64,000 nt of DNA from Anthoceros angustus (lineage: Eukaryota; Plantae; Anthocerotophyta). Made by a program: the position numbers and the translations under genes. Positions 25,016 to 38,900 of this stretch are shown piece after piece. Every line of letters starts with the position of its first letter. Position 1 is the first letter of the stretch. The stretch lies in assembly GCA_010909165.1 (NCBI GenBank), contig MU008161.1:434001-498000 (forward strand), in the 5' to 3' direction. Under the pieces are notes generated by a model that worked only from the letters and a program-made list of their open reading frames with translations, was not told the origin of the DNA and made no database searches.

Positions 25016-26420
25016 GTAAACCCTTCACACTAGTCAGCGACCATCAGCCTCTCAAGTGGCTGATGACTAACCTGCTCGGCGAGGCGGGGTGGGCCATGAT
25101 TACCTGAATTATGAGTTTCAAGTTGTCCACCGGCGGAATCAAACACGAGAATCTTGAGCATCTGTCCGGAATCCCAGTGGCGTTGTGAGGATACTGGCGA
25201 AGCAAAGGCAAGATCTTTGATCCCCAGCGGCGATATTTTCCACGTGACTATGGTAGCCATGAATCTTGGGCAGTTGGAGGTGGGTGGTGGAGACAAAGCG
25301 GCCCAGGATGTGTGGGAGGATTCCCACTTGTGACCTTCTTGCACGGGCAGTTGAATCCATGGATGCGGTGAGCGAGAAGGCAGTGGAGTGACACTTCTCT
25401 ACTCTTGGCGAGATGGTCGGTGCTCTGGCGCCAAATGGAGTGGATCGTCTTGTCCACCGGTGGCCAGGGCGGTGATCCATCAGTGCACAATGACATGGGG
25501 CACTTTGGAGTCAGCGCACTGCTGTTTGCCTCATTTCTATTGATGCGGTATGCGCTCAAGTCAAACAGGTGGCTGCTGCGAGGAATGTGACAGGAAGAGC
25601 GTCCTTCACCATCACGGCACCCCAACTCCACCCATTGCGATCATGGGGTGTTTTTCGGATAGTCGTGTGATTTGATGGGGAGTTACGAACACCCAGCGGG
25701 AATGTATACATCCTTGTCATGATGGAGCATTTTCCAAGTGGGTAGAGGTGGTGGCGCTGCCCGAGACCTCGCGTATACAGCGCAAGCCTTCCTACGAATG
25801 TCTTTGGGGCGATTCGGCGGTTAGTGTTTGAGACCAAGGTTGAGTTGAGGAGTTTAGGATCTGCTGGCCCTCATTGATCAGAACGATCAGGGACCACCCT
25901 CAGGCGATGGTTTGGCGGGCGGATGGTTGAGACCATCAAGAAGGGGCTCGAAACTCTGTCTGCGGTTGCCCAAGGCCAAGTGGGATCTGTCACTCCCATA
26001 TATTGCCATGGGATCTGCGGAGCAAGCATGCAGCTCGCTCACTTGACCTACTTCTGCATTTGGAAGGAGCCAGTTCCATTGCCAAACAAATGTACGGTGG
26101 TGGACTTGGATGACCAGTGTGGGCAGTCATTGGACGGGGCTGCTCTCTTTGCCAAGCAATGCCTATGGCCATGGCCAATTTGCGCATTGCTCGACATCGA
26201 ACACTCCGCTATGCCCACACTCGAAGTATGGTTTTGCCCCAAGCTAAAGTTCGGTGGGGACTTCATGCCGGTGCAAACCAAGGATACCTTGGACACCACC
26301 GGCATGTGCTTTCACGGGTCAGGAGAATTCGGGAACCCAATGGGGTTGTCGTGCAATTTGCCACGGTACATGCTTGAGGCATGGGCACACACACTATTCT
26401 GCCAAAGGTAATTGTCAAAC
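25010..26420 (+). pseudogene. Gypsy RNase H and integrase fragment
   Basis: YLYGKPFTLVSDHQPLKWLM, HNDMGHFGV, YILVMMEHF.KWVE, HPQ.DGLA.RMVETIKKGL; many indels. Confidence 0.8.
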
Positions 26421-26989
26421 AATTCAACCACTTGTTTGCGGACTTAGTAACTCACAACCGACTACATGAACTATCATCACATCCTTTAGTGGCCGGTACG
26501 CAAAGCTAGCCCCTCTTGCCTTAAGGGGCTGCCATTTTGAGGCTCATGGTTTCATTTTGAAGCACCACTTTGTGGGAGGAAAACCCAGGGCTTGAGGCTT
26601 CCCCCTCTAGTGGCACACTTCATCGTTGGGTTTCGTCCCATGAGACTTGTGAAAGTTCGAGGCCTGTGATGATCGCTACTGCGAGACACAACTTCTCGAC
26701 CTTCTAAACAAGCAAGGCGCCCTCTACTCTCCCTCTTACAGTGTGCACCGCACCCTGCTCCATGACCTTACACAACACAATTGCAGGTCACTGGCGGCGA
26801 GCCTATCACGGGCGCCGGGGACCCCAGTCCACGCAATTTTCGTCCCTACTTCTAAGACCACTCTTCTCCACTCGGGGCGCTCTTTTACTTGCAGTTTGGG
26901 ATTAGGTCCCTTAGGCTGCACAGTGGCCTTCCACTAACACCTACACCTCTAATCCTCTACTCATCTCTCATCCTCTTCCTCCTATTCTA

Positions 26990-29800
26990 ACCTCGATTCG
27001 GGCTTCTTGGACTCGCCCTTCTGCTGCAGGTCGCCTCCACCAGCAAGTTCTTCCTTGGGCGGTTGCTATGAGTTTGACACGGGCGAGAACCTCCGAGTCT
27101 TTCACATAGTCTACCCTCAAGCCGAGAGTTCACAGGCATTTGCCACACACCCAAAGCAAAGCAATTTCCACCATTCACAAGGGGCAACTCGTTTAGGCAC
27201 TTGCGGGAGCAAGTCCTCCACCAAGCACTCAGGACCATGACTTCCTCTCTAGAACTTGTTGGCTCACGGCACGAAATTCCTCTGTAATGGCAAAGGACTC
27301 GATGTGGGCGCAAGACATGATACTTTACTTTGTGAAATCCTCCTCCTCTTATAGGAGGCCTTCCACATACAACCTCCCTTAGGTGACCCTCTGCGGTCAC
27401 CTTTTCCAATATTTTATTATTTCCTACTTGACATTTAAGGCTGGCATCTAATCTATGCGATCCTTGGTAAATTCTATTCTAGTAACTTCACCTAAGATCA
27501 TCCTTGAAGGATGTGGTCTACCTATCCTTCCTATTCTTCCCCAAAGCTCATTTATGGTCATTGACCATTCTTAGTCCTTCACTGGGGTGGTGACGCCCTT
27601 GTGGATTGGCTCCTCGCCCTCCTTTTGCTCTGTCCCTTCCCGGATCTTGTCGCCTTCCTAATGTGTGGGGCAAGTACCATCTGCCCCTTCCTCCATCTCC
27701 ATGGGTGCGCCCTGTTCCTCTTCTCCGATCGCGCCTCGCTCAGGCGCCCTTTTCACTTGGCGCGCCGTTCATCGGCACCCCGCGGTAGTGGCGGACTACG
27801 GGGTGACTTACCATGGTAGATGCGGCCCCTCTCCTTCTTTCTTCTCCCATCGGTGATGTCTCCCAGGGTGAGTTCCTCTTGCTCCTTCCTTTGTTTGGTT
27901 TGTCCATACCTATCATAGCATGTCTTCAAAGAATCTTCCCCATGTCGTGATGTTGCCTAACTCTTTGGGCCTTCTTTGCGTTGGTCTCCTCTCACAGCCA
28001 GCTCCTCCCTTATCGTGGGTGGGAACTTCTCACCCTCCCCTTCCTCGGTGGACCGTCCTTAGTCTCCTCGGTGGGGTTGTCTCCCACCACCTCAGCTTCT
28101 CCTCCGGGGTATACTGGGACCCCGGCTCCTTCATCCTCGGCCGGGCCTCAGCCCGACTCCCAGGGCTCCTGCCCGGTGCACATGGTCGGACTAGGCGTGG
28201 TGGTCTACCGGTGATGCGGACTACCGTGGTGGTGGTCACCCGTGGGTTGACCCCCAGGTGGGCTTTCCCCCTCCTTGCTCTGCGCCATCTTCTACCTTTG
28301 GCTCGGCGCTCCTCATCTCGACTCCTCGGACTCCTCGGAGTCCATGTCGTGATGGCCTCATCAAAATCGGAGGCCTCCACTCTGCGACTCCTTCATCATC
28401 ATCATGAGGACCCAATGTCCTCCTCTTGGCCAAGCAAGACTCATTGTTGGCCTTCAAAATTCTATTGTGGAGGTGAGCCCCAAGCTATGATATTGCATTT
28501 GGAGATCATCAATCTCAGTGGGCACTCTCCATCTTCACACCTACCTTTGTAGGCGTCCCTTGAGGTGGTCAATTCCCCACCTTGACATGGAGGTCACATT
28601 CTCCTCCCTTGCTTCCTTGGTGGTTGGCCAATTTTGCACGAAGGGCATAATCGCCCAAAATCTTCTTCCTTACTACCGGCATTCTATGTACCACTTTCTT
28701 GTGGTACTCCTCCTCTGGACCTCTTTTTCCAAGTCCTCTAGTTGAGCAAGCCCTTCCCTCTCGCTTGCATCTTCTCGCGCTCCGGCTCTGCAATTCTTTG
28801 GTCTTGATTTGCTCCGTTCTCTCCTCCAAATTGCTGGGTCTTCTCAATTCTTCCTTCATGTCCGGATCTTGATGGCTTGGGTAGCCATCACTGCTCTGCG
28901 TCCATTTTCTTTGGACCGCTACCTTCTCCTTCCAGAGCCTCTGTTTTGCCCTTCGCTCTTGCTCTAATTGGGCAAAATGCTCCTTCTGTCTCCATGAGTC
29001 TTTTGGGTGGTTGCTCGGATCTCTTTCTTGTTTGAGCCAACCTTCCCTCCAAGACCTTCTCGCCCTTGATCCATAAGGTCGCGGAGCTTCTCCACCTTTT
29101 CAACTTGGCTGCCTTCTCGTCGGACTCCATGGCCTCCAATTGCCATTTGGTCCCACCTCTCCTCTGTCATCTCTTGGGCCTTTTCTTCCTCTTGGCATGC
29201 CCACAAGGGGTGCTGGTTCCTAGCCCCTTCAAATCCACGGTGAGTGCTTCACAAGCACTGCCAAATTCTCCTAGGGGCCCAATTCACCTTCTTCTTCTTT
29301 GAAATCTCCAGCTCTCAGCTCTCGGGCCATCGGCGGCGTGTGGGTCCCCTCACGTCGCCCCATCCGCTCTCCTGGCGGGTGATGGCGGCTTGGGCGCGCC
29401 GCGCCCTGTTCCTCTCCTTCCCTTCCACCGTGGGCCTCTGGCGTGGGGTGCGCCTGCGGTGGCTCCCCTGGCGGTGGTGCTCCCCACCAGTGGTGTGCTA
29501 CCTGGTGATGCTGCCAGGTGGTGCCTCCCTAGGGGTATGAGTGCCTCTTCCCTAGGCACAAAGGAGGTGGGGACTCCCCCACCCTTGGGGTATCACCCCT
29601 CAGTGGTCCTCCTCTCATAGACTACCATCGGCCTTCTTCGGCGGTCTTGCTCTCTCCTTCCCTTGCTCTTGTGGAAAGGATTCCCACGCAACCTTGTTGC
29701 CTCTACTTCCTCCCCTTGGTCATTCTTGTGGAGGTCGACCTCCCTCTTCCAATGCAAAAGGCAAGGCCTTTCAACCTGGAGATGGTGGATTATCTCAGAA
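26990..29800 (-). mobile_element. Degenerate retroelement-like segment (gag-like, K/E-rich)
   Basis: Purine-rich - strand with broken charged ORFs and a possible Zn-knuckle remnant near 27800; no decisive motif. Confidence 0.35.
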
Positions 29801-30669
29801 GGATGCCAGCATCTTCAAGCTCCTTGCTTGTGAGGAAGTCCCTCGGTTTCCCACAAATGCACCAAATAGGTGCTGAGGTGGCCAAAAAGTCGGCGGCCTC
29901 GTCGGGGCCTCGGCAGCGCTCGTTGATTTTTTCGAAGCAGGTGGAATTTGGAGAATTGACCTATTGGTCTTTTCTTGAATTCAGTAAAATTTATTACAGA
30001 GAGTAGAAAAAACAATGCCATGTAGGGTGAAAATAATCCACCATCTATGTTGAAACCATGCTTGATGGGTAGAAAAAAAATAGCAACAGTGAATGCAGGG
30101 TACATCAAGATGAGCCGATTCTAATCCAGCCAAAATCGCTATATCTAGCGGTAAAACATATTCAATTAAATCGATTCATGCGAATCCGGGATATACAAAA
30201 AACCAACAAAGAAACCGCTTTGAGGTTTCGATTGCCTACGCGTGAAATTTTCACGTTTCTTGAGGATCTTATTCAAGCCCCACACTCTCACCTTTCATGA
30301 GACATGCAGTAGCAAGCAAGCACCAAACAAAGCTAACGACAAACTACGGCATACAAACAAAACAAAAGCTATATATAATAAGTCACGAGAAGCACACGAT
30401 CAAACAAGATTGGACACAAAGAATGGAATCTTGCGAGTGCCTACTATCAGTATTATCCGATTCTGACAGGATATTCTTCAAACGCCCAAACTCCTGCATC
30501 ATACCATTTCAAATTTAGGAGATGCGGATCAATTTTGCAACAACTCCTTTGACCAATATCTTTAGGAACGTGGTATTGACCGGCAAGACACAATTCCCTT
30601 ACAGCCACAACAAAAGCGTGCAGAGCCGTGAAGAATTCAAAACACTCCATTGGGCATGACAAGTATCGC

Positions 30670-32110
30670 CTAGTTGGTCAATTTACACGCACTCAGCATA
30701 TTGGGCTGAGGCTATTGTAACTTCGACTTACATTTTGAATCGACTACTTACTACATCTCTCACAGGCAAGACTCCCTTTGAGATGTTTTGGGGCCGGTGG
30801 CCCTAGTATTCTTCATCGGGGAGAGCTCGCGATCTAATCACGCCATGTACCACAAGCCGCCAAAAGCGTCGAGAAACTTGATGAAGAACAAGACATGGGT
30901 ACTTACAGACTTGCCACCTGGTAGGAAAGCAGTCACTTGCAAATGGGTTTTCAAAACCAAGTTAATTAAATGCTGAGGGTGAGATTGCCCGTTATAAAGC
31001 TCGCCTTTGTGCTCGAGGTTTTACTCAAGTCCCTGGCCTCGACTACCAAGAGACCTTTTCACCTGTCGTCAGAGCACAAGAATGGACTGGTATTCCTCCT
31101 CTACTGTAGCTTGCCAATGGTGGGCATCAGGACCAGAATAAGCCTCGTCCATAGAGGCAGGGTCAAGCAGAGGGGGAGAACCACCAGGTGTTGCAGTAGT
31201 GCAGAGGGGCGAAAGTCCAAGGAGGCATAGGGAGGTTCTGCCCATTGTGAAGGGGGAAGGCGAGTGCGAAGGGGATATCGTCTGGGTGGGACAACATCCT
31301 CCTCTGGAGCTGGAGGGTTCTCCTCGAGAACAGGAGGGTCTAAGTCCACACCAGGGTTGACTGGGTAAGGAGCCAGGGAATCAGGATCAAGGGGATCAGC
31401 AGGATCAGGAACTAGAACAAAATCAGGATCAATATACAGATTTTGGGTTGGGAGGTGAGGCCAAAAGCCTTGGGCCCGGGTGAGAAACCGATGGGATCTT
31501 CGGTGAGGCCCAGGCTGGATCGGGATCAGATCGATCGCTTGGGGCTAGAGGAACACCCTCCTCATCATCAGAGGAATCGGAGTCTGCGTGTATTCCAGAT
31601 CGATTAGAGGAACTGTAATTTCGAGAGGTTCCCAGCTCACGGGCCAAAAAACAACACTCACGCTGTTGCTTACCGAGTCATTGAAAGCTAAACCTAGAAT
31701 CGTGATCAAATGGATGTATGTACTGCATTTCTACATGGCGAGCTTGAGGAGGAGATATATATGGAACAACCTCAGGGCTATGTCGACAAGCGTTTTCCAA
31801 ACAAAGTTCTGAAGCTACTTAGGGCCTTATATGGCCTCAAGCAAAGTGCTATGCTCTGGAACAAGAAGTTAGATGAAGAACTCAAAGCACTTGGTTTAGT
31901 TGAGTCTGTGGCGGAACTCATATATTTGTGCTCAAGTTGAGGCTAAGCGCGCCTTAAGCATTCTTCTCGTGTCGGCAGGCCGCCATCGATGCTCGGCAGC
32001 ACGGTACTTTTTGCACCTTGCGCCTGCATACCCAACTTCGACGGTCATAAGATCAAGAAGCTCCTTAGTAGCAAGTTTGAAATGAAGGATGTGGGAGCGT
32101 TCTACTAATT
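30670..32110 (+). pseudogene. Copia integrase-end and RT fragments (+), interrupted at ~31075-31700
   Basis: [90 protein letters not shown]. Confidence 0.88.
31075..31650 (-). pseudogene. Copia IN-RT spacer (- strand), probably the middle piece of the 19619-41062 element
   Basis: D/P-rich linker, [40 protein letters not shown]; orientation and order collinear with the host gag and RT. Confidence 0.65.
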
Positions 32111-32199
32111 TTGAGCGATGCTTGGTATGCCGAGATTATTGACTTCTTCACCGGCTAACATACTTGACCTCTGTCCCCCACTGCGTGGCCGGACATATG

Positions 32200-34010
32200 T
32201 CGATCACGGAACCTCCACAGAACCTTCACCTCTGAGAGGGAGTATATGCCTCCCGGGAATGTGCACTTGTCTGGTGGCTAAGCTTCTTTGTGTTTAAGGC
32301 TTTTGAGCGAGGAAAACATATCTGTTGATCATGGGTGTGACCAACCAGAGGAATCCCACCTTCACTTTTTCGAGCGTGCCCATATCCGAGCATGTTCAAA
32401 TATGCAAACAATAGCTGATTCTTGTTCTCCCGACATGTATTGTCAAGTTGCAAATACAACACTTTGGGCAGCACACCATCATAGTTGTGGATGACATCTT
32501 GAATGGCCGATAGTCAAATTGGCATCATTCCGGAGGTTGGCGTAGTGCAAAAAGCCGTGGCTTTGTGGGTGTAGTTGTGGATCATGCACCGACCACGTGA
32601 GCAATGCGGCATTCCTCGTCTAGGTTTTTGGCCACCTCAACATGTGCGGTAGCTCTCTTCTTCGGTCCATGCCATCGATACATAGTCAGCATATACTTAT
32701 GTGGTTCAACATAACTCTTGCTCCGGTGTTTTGTCATCTTCGCACGCTCGCTAACTGTGGGCGTCCAATCTTGTTTGATATTTCTCGCACATAACATATG
32801 CACACCGTAGTTGTGAGCCTTTAAAGTTGTCAACTTACAAGATAAAAACATAGTATGATGTCCAGCAATCATCGTGGCCAGCATCACTCCGACATGTGGC
32901 AATGTATGTCATGGACACCGACTTGACCTTCCTCCACCCTCTCCACCCTCGACGGACCTTAAATGATATAATGGGCGGAACACATTTGTCGAGCATTTCC
33001 AAGCCGGAAGGTCGTTACAAGGCATACTTGTAATGTGGTTGGGCGCCCACCGCCTCCCCTGACCTCATTCACCCGGTCGAGATGGTAATAGCGGTGCCTT
33101 GCATGCGGGCCCAAGCAATGTGATAGGCACATGCATGGGTTGCGAGCAGCCGGCCGGCCGGCGCCCGCATGACCAGGAACCCTCCTTAGATAAGGTACGA
33201 GGTGGGCGCGGTCGGCCGGCGCCACACATGTCCCATTGGCGGCACATACATATACACGCCATTGAGGGTTTGGCCCACATGGTCAACAACCCTCTGTATC
33301 TTTGGAAAGCAAGGGATAAGGATAACAATGTGTAACCTTGATCAACCTTTGAGATTGTATTTTATAGTTGTTTTCAATCCGGTAACGAGCAAGTAGAGAA
33401 TCATTGACTTTGGAATCTTTACCCCTGAAGTGCCCTTTCCATAGCTTCAAGAACCAGGCGTGGAGTCACTGCCGCGACCTCTTTGTTCACAATGCCGCCT
33501 ATATTCACTCCAAATTTCTAGTTTTGTGTATGTGTCGGGTAAGTTGAAGACCTCGATATTTGGAAGTCTCACCATGTTGAGGAAAGCATTGTCCATCCAG
33601 CTATTGCACTTAATGCATGGTGAGGCTGCTTTTGGATTCGCTCATAGCATCCACGGTGCATTGTGACTCTACTCTTCAACTCTTCATATGCTGGCCGAGG
33701 CAATACACTCTTGAGCAAGATCTAAAAGGATCCGGCCCCGGAAGATGAGTCACAACTTTGGCGTTACCGGATCACACCTTTGTGGATTCCAAAATGTTTC
33801 TGCTCGCCTCCATCCATCCGTAAATAGCGATATCGTTGTTCACGAAACCTTTCTTTTGTCAATCTGTGGAGACACATCTGATTGCAACATGCCTTTCCGA
33901 AATCAATGTTGATACTTTCGACTTCACATTTCCTCATTGAGACCCCCGCAGCTCGCCTCTTCTGGCACCGGACACTCGTAGTTTCTGCAGACACCAAAGT
34001 CTCACTCACT
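32200..34010 (-). pseudogene. Sola1-like (DUF7869-type) DNA transposase fragments, probably from two copies
   Basis: KACCNQMCL, WMD...LPN...LPDTYTKLEIWSEY, WFLKLWKGHF..VKIPK, IDGMD, LPKVLYLQLDNTCRENKNQ, LVGHTH; frameshifted. Confidence 0.72.
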
Positions 34011-34999
34011 GGTTTGGGGTGATAAGATGGCGGATGTCGATCTCCGGCCCCTGCGAAATCGCCTCCTCATTCGATGGATTGCCGCGGTCTTGGCTCGTCG
34101 ATGGTGCGTGGCGGACTCCACCGGGAACAATGCCTCCACGCATTCGGAGCCCACCCTTGGGAGGCCTCGGTTTCTAGTCATTGCTTGCTCACCGTTGTTT
34201 GCATGGGGATCCTTCCAGCGGCATCTGGGTTAAGATTTCTTGGTGTCCATGGCGGGCACCTCGGAATGGTAGGGGAGAGAGCCGATGTCGGCCACCTCCG
34301 ATTCTACGGCGGTGTGCAAAGACTTGACAGTTAGTAGAGGATAAAATTCACAAAGTCAACCTCCATTAGAATCCGGTGATGAAACAAACCTTCAGGACCC
34401 GTAGTGGCGTGGAGAACGGAGATGTCTTTGACCTTGCGGACGCTTGGGTTCAGCTCCGCTCTTCTCCTCGTCCGTTGCTTTTAAGATGTCTTTCATATTG
34501 GGATTGACCCTCACCAAAAGTCAAGCACAATCAAGCAGGGAATGAGGACATGTCGCAACGCATCCACGGCGTTCGGAAGCGATTGAGGCATCGTCGTCCT
34601 CTGAGTGAGTGGCGCGAAGCATTTTGTTGGGCGTCTTAGGTAGGACGATAGTGGAGGAATGAAAGAAGGCAAGGTTCATTCTAACATTAGATACGTTGGA
34701 AATGTCTAAGCCTTCACAGGAGGCCGTTTGATGGATAATCACCAACCATATAAAACCATTGTTGAAGAAAACGCGTCGTTAAGTTACTAATGCTTGCGGT
34801 GGAGGCAAATGCGGAAAGTCATTATGGTTTGTAATTAAAACAAACCCACACGCAATGGGAAAAGCGGTGACGTTAACGTAGTACAACATGGCGGCGTTAA
34901 TAATGTGACCACCGGTTCGAACCATCGGCTAGTTGGAGCAACCGAAACCCTAACTTAAAGTAATTATTCAGAGAGGTGAACGAGTTACGGGCGCTTAAA

Positions 35000-37900
35000 A
35001 AGCAAGTAGGGCATACAAAAGCGTGGAGCGCAACCATCCTCGAACGGCGAGCAATTCCCCTTTGTCGCGGCGGGCGTGGCGGTCTGACTTCTCGAGGCGG
35101 TGGCGCGAGTGCCATCTCTAACCCTGATTGCAGCAGGAGCGGAGGGGTGGAGGCCGGCAGTGCCTTGGTTTCTCACTTTTCTGTTTGCATTTTGTGAATC
35201 CATTGACGCGTTGTTTGGAATTGCGGTCGCTGATTACGAGAAGGAAGGCCCATCCGAATTGGCCTATCGAAATTGAAGGTGATGGCGATGGGGCGGCAAG
35301 AAGGATCGACGGCCGGAATCCGGATCCCCGAGCTGTCAGAGAAAACGAGTGGCGGAAAGCAAAACGTTGGCAGAAGGCGCTCGATGATTTGCAGGAAGAC
35401 CTCTCTTTGGGAGGACATGCTAGCAGGTGCAGGCGGCGCTTCCAGTGAGGGCCACTCAAGTCTGGGCTGGGCTCGGCTTCCACAACAAAATCGAGGCCAT
35501 GGAGAGAAGGTGGAGAAGGGTGGGAAGAGGGTGGCTCCTATTCCTTCGCCATACGACGAGGGATTTACATTCGGCCTTGGAGCTCGGATGGATGCAGTGA
35601 AGGTCTTGGACAAGGATTGGATGGTTGTTCGGGATCCAACGGGAGCATGTTTTGGGCCGGTTATACAAGGTGGATTATGGGTTACAAGGATGCCCGAATC
35701 AACGAAAGGGCTGGTGGTGGGCAACATTGGACATGTCAATGGGGATCCTGTGTACATTGCTCATTACAAGGCCCCAAGAATTTGATGCGGTGCCACAGGT
35801 CCCGAGCTATCTGAGCGTTCGAGATCGGGTTCAACAATCTTGTGATCAAGAAGTCTGCCGAGCTTTTAGCTTTGGAATGTAGCAATCGGTATTCGCAACT
35901 CTGATCCAATTTCCGCTTTCCAATGTTTATGCTTTCTGACTGTCGGTTGTCTCTAACACTGAGCATTGTTCATTGCGCAGGGCTCTGTGATGGGGAATGC
36001 GTTCATCAGGACGTTGTGTGCGGAAATCACACAAACAGTCGTTCAACACAGGAGGGTCATGGCGCTGTGGCGCGCAAGAGCCGAGGTGCGTGACGAGGAG
36101 GAAGAGAAGGACAACGAGGAGGGCGAATTGGCCCGAGGATGAAGACTATGGGCCAATGATATCTGGGACATTCGGATGAAGAAAATTCGGACGCTAGGGG
36201 ATGCGGGGGTTTTCATGCCTTATGAAACACCCGGGGTTGCGACATCAGGTGGAGGTGGTAGAGGCGCGGCCAGCGGCGCCGCTCAGAGCGTCGAGGAGGT
36301 GGTGCTCTTGACGTGCGAAGGCTCTTGGAAGCGGAGGGAACACCGGTGGCGGCGCCCTCACACCGGCCGAGGCAGCCTCAGGCACCACGCATGAGGCGGG
36401 AGGAGGGCGCCGGCGCCGCTATGACTAAAGGAGGGGCTGCGAGAGAGGAGGAAGGGCCTAAGGGGAAAAGGAAGGCAGGATCTGCTTTCGAAGGAGATCG
36501 GAGCAGAGGGAACGGAGAGGACCATCCTAAAGCAAAAGCAAAGAGGAAAGGCAACAAACTGCAGAGGGTGGAAAATGTGGGTGACATTCCCACTGTTCAT
36601 GTGACAACAGACCAGGAGAGGATTGCGGAAGCTATCCGGGATGAAGACCCCTTGACACGGGTCAGAGAAGCAGCATATGCGAAGAAGGTAGTATTGGAAA
36701 CAGTGCTGGTGAAATTGGAGAACCTTGACGCCACGATGCACGATGCCGCGGAGGTGGATGAAGCATGGGCCAATTATTTGGCGCGTGTTATATCGAAAGG
36801 GAGGATTGAAGGGCGTTTTGCCTTTATTATGTATGATTGATCCTGAGTGTGATGACATGGAAAAACTAGGCGATTCGGGGCCAAAAATATGTCATGGGAG
36901 TCCTAGGAGGAAACCACACTTATGCGGCAATGAAGCATCTTGCGACATCTCTCCGGCAAAAGCGGTTTCTATGTGGAGGCTCATGTCTACTGGTCTCAAT
37001 GTCGGAGATGCGAGTCCCGCCACGACCATAATATGTCGACAAGCGCGGAAGATGAATTTTATAGAGCGGTGAGGTATTTTGATGAATTGATTATTGCGAA
37101 AGGATGGTGTGAGATGACCATGACATGGAAATTCAACTATAAGGTGTTGGGGCTTATTGAGGATGATGAAGCATGATGTTTATAAACAACAAGGTTGACA
37201 ACAGACCCACATTTTATGCATCGCGAAACAAGAGGGTAGGGTATGGGAAAATGTAGACAAGATATTTACAAGTGGGAAGCGGGGAGTTGCAGCGGAAGAA
37301 GCATGTGATAGCGAGGACAAGCAAGAAGAGCAAGGTGAAGCGGAAAGTGGCCAAGGCTAAAAATAGACATATGTGAAGCCAAAAGATATGCTTGCAAAGC
37401 CTTGGAAATCATTTCAAGGGATTCCGGTGGGAGTGTGGGCAGCGAGATACTTATCACCTTCGGAGAAAGTGTTGGCGGTCTCATTGACTGAAAGGAATGG
37501 ATGACGATATATCGCTTGGAAGAAATTCCATATTATTCAAGTGGCGATGGCTAACACACTTGGGTTGCTCTTTTGAAGAGGTTCGGGAGTATCCCGACTC
37601 AAGCGATGAAATGCTTGTCGCGATTCCAAACGGCATTTCGGAAAGGTAAGCCATTTTCCGGACCTTCTTTCCATTTCAATTCTCAGGCGCCCGCGCCCCC
37701 CGGATCACGCGGCCGCCCTCTTCATCGGGCGCCGGCCCGCCAGTCGCCGGGAAGGCGCGCCGGCGGCGCCCCTCCTCGCAGGCGGTGGGTGGGGCCGGCG
37801 GCGCCCTGGCCTCCGCCCAGCTGGGCGATGGGCGCCGCCGGCCGGCGCCCGCGGCTACTCTCCACTAATGCGGTGGGAGCGCGGCGGCGCCTCAGGGATC

Positions 37901-38900
37901 GGTGGAGCGGGGCCGGCCGCGCGCCTCCCTAGTAGTTGTGAGGTGCTTGAGCCACGCATTCTAACAGTTGTTTGGTTTTGGCAAGAAGCAAGGACGTGGA
38001 GGTCTTGACAAAAGCGCGACTTTCATTCATTTTAGATCAATAATTGGAAGGGCTTAGAGAATGAGCAGCGGGCTTTGGCGGACAAGGACTTGCAAGAAGG
38101 ACTCCGGATATTCAATGTTCCGTCGGTGAAAGCAGTCCGATGCAGTGGAAGCCCGCAGCGTTACGGACATGCGTGGGTTTTGAGGGAAGGAAATACACCC
38201 TTCTTGTCATGGATGTTCCCGTGGATTTGACATCGGGCCAATGGACAAACGAATGGATTTATCCATGATGGGTCTTTGTGTTCCAAAGTTTCGGAGAAAG
38301 CGGAAAATGACGACTTCATTATCGTCGCATGGTGTTGAAGAAGCCCATACGGTAAGGGAGGCTATTTGAAGTGGTGTGCCAAAGGCGGCTTGGTGTCATT
38401 CATTTGGGATAAGACTAACATGAACAACGGCAGAGGAGGATTTGAGGCTGGAATACGTTACAGTTGGATGGGGTGTGAAAGATGGATGTTCAAGGGCAGG
38501 CTGCCATGATGCCAAATGTGATGCAGGACCTTCAACAATGGAAGATCTGTTATTGGACACCCTCATCGTCAAGAAAGCAGTTTACTCTCATGACAAGTTG
38601 GTAGTGTGCCCATACCGAGACCATTGGGTCTTATGATGAAACTCGTGAGGACATTCTCCAAGGAGGGAGGCGGGTTATTGATGCATGCTCGAGCGGTGGG
38701 ACTACGACACTAGCTGCGTTCGTGTGGCCGGGATTGCAATAGGCGGACTTGAGATGCGCGGTTGCCCAGTGCATACAGCGTTGATGTCTTGCCGTCTGAC
38801 GAGGAGGCTGACTTTTGAGCCCGAGGACCATCTCGATTGGGCAAAGAGGTATGTATTAGCGAGAAGAGCGCAGAAAGCCCAAGTCGTCGCATTGAGTGCG
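35000..38900 (+). pseudogene. Frameshifted, apparently spliced gene: PHD-like finger, ParB-like domain and beta-class N6/N4 DNA methyltransferase
   Basis: ParB-like EVDEAWANYLARVI and VLGGNHTYAAMKHL (36900-36941); MTase motif IV-like YTLLVMDVP.G (38194-38225); FIWDK..LEYVTVGW; motif X/I-like CPY.RPLGLMMKLVRTFSKEG..VIDACSSGGTTTLAA..GRDC (38604-38740); candidate introns ending at 35980 and starting at 37646. Confidence 0.68.
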
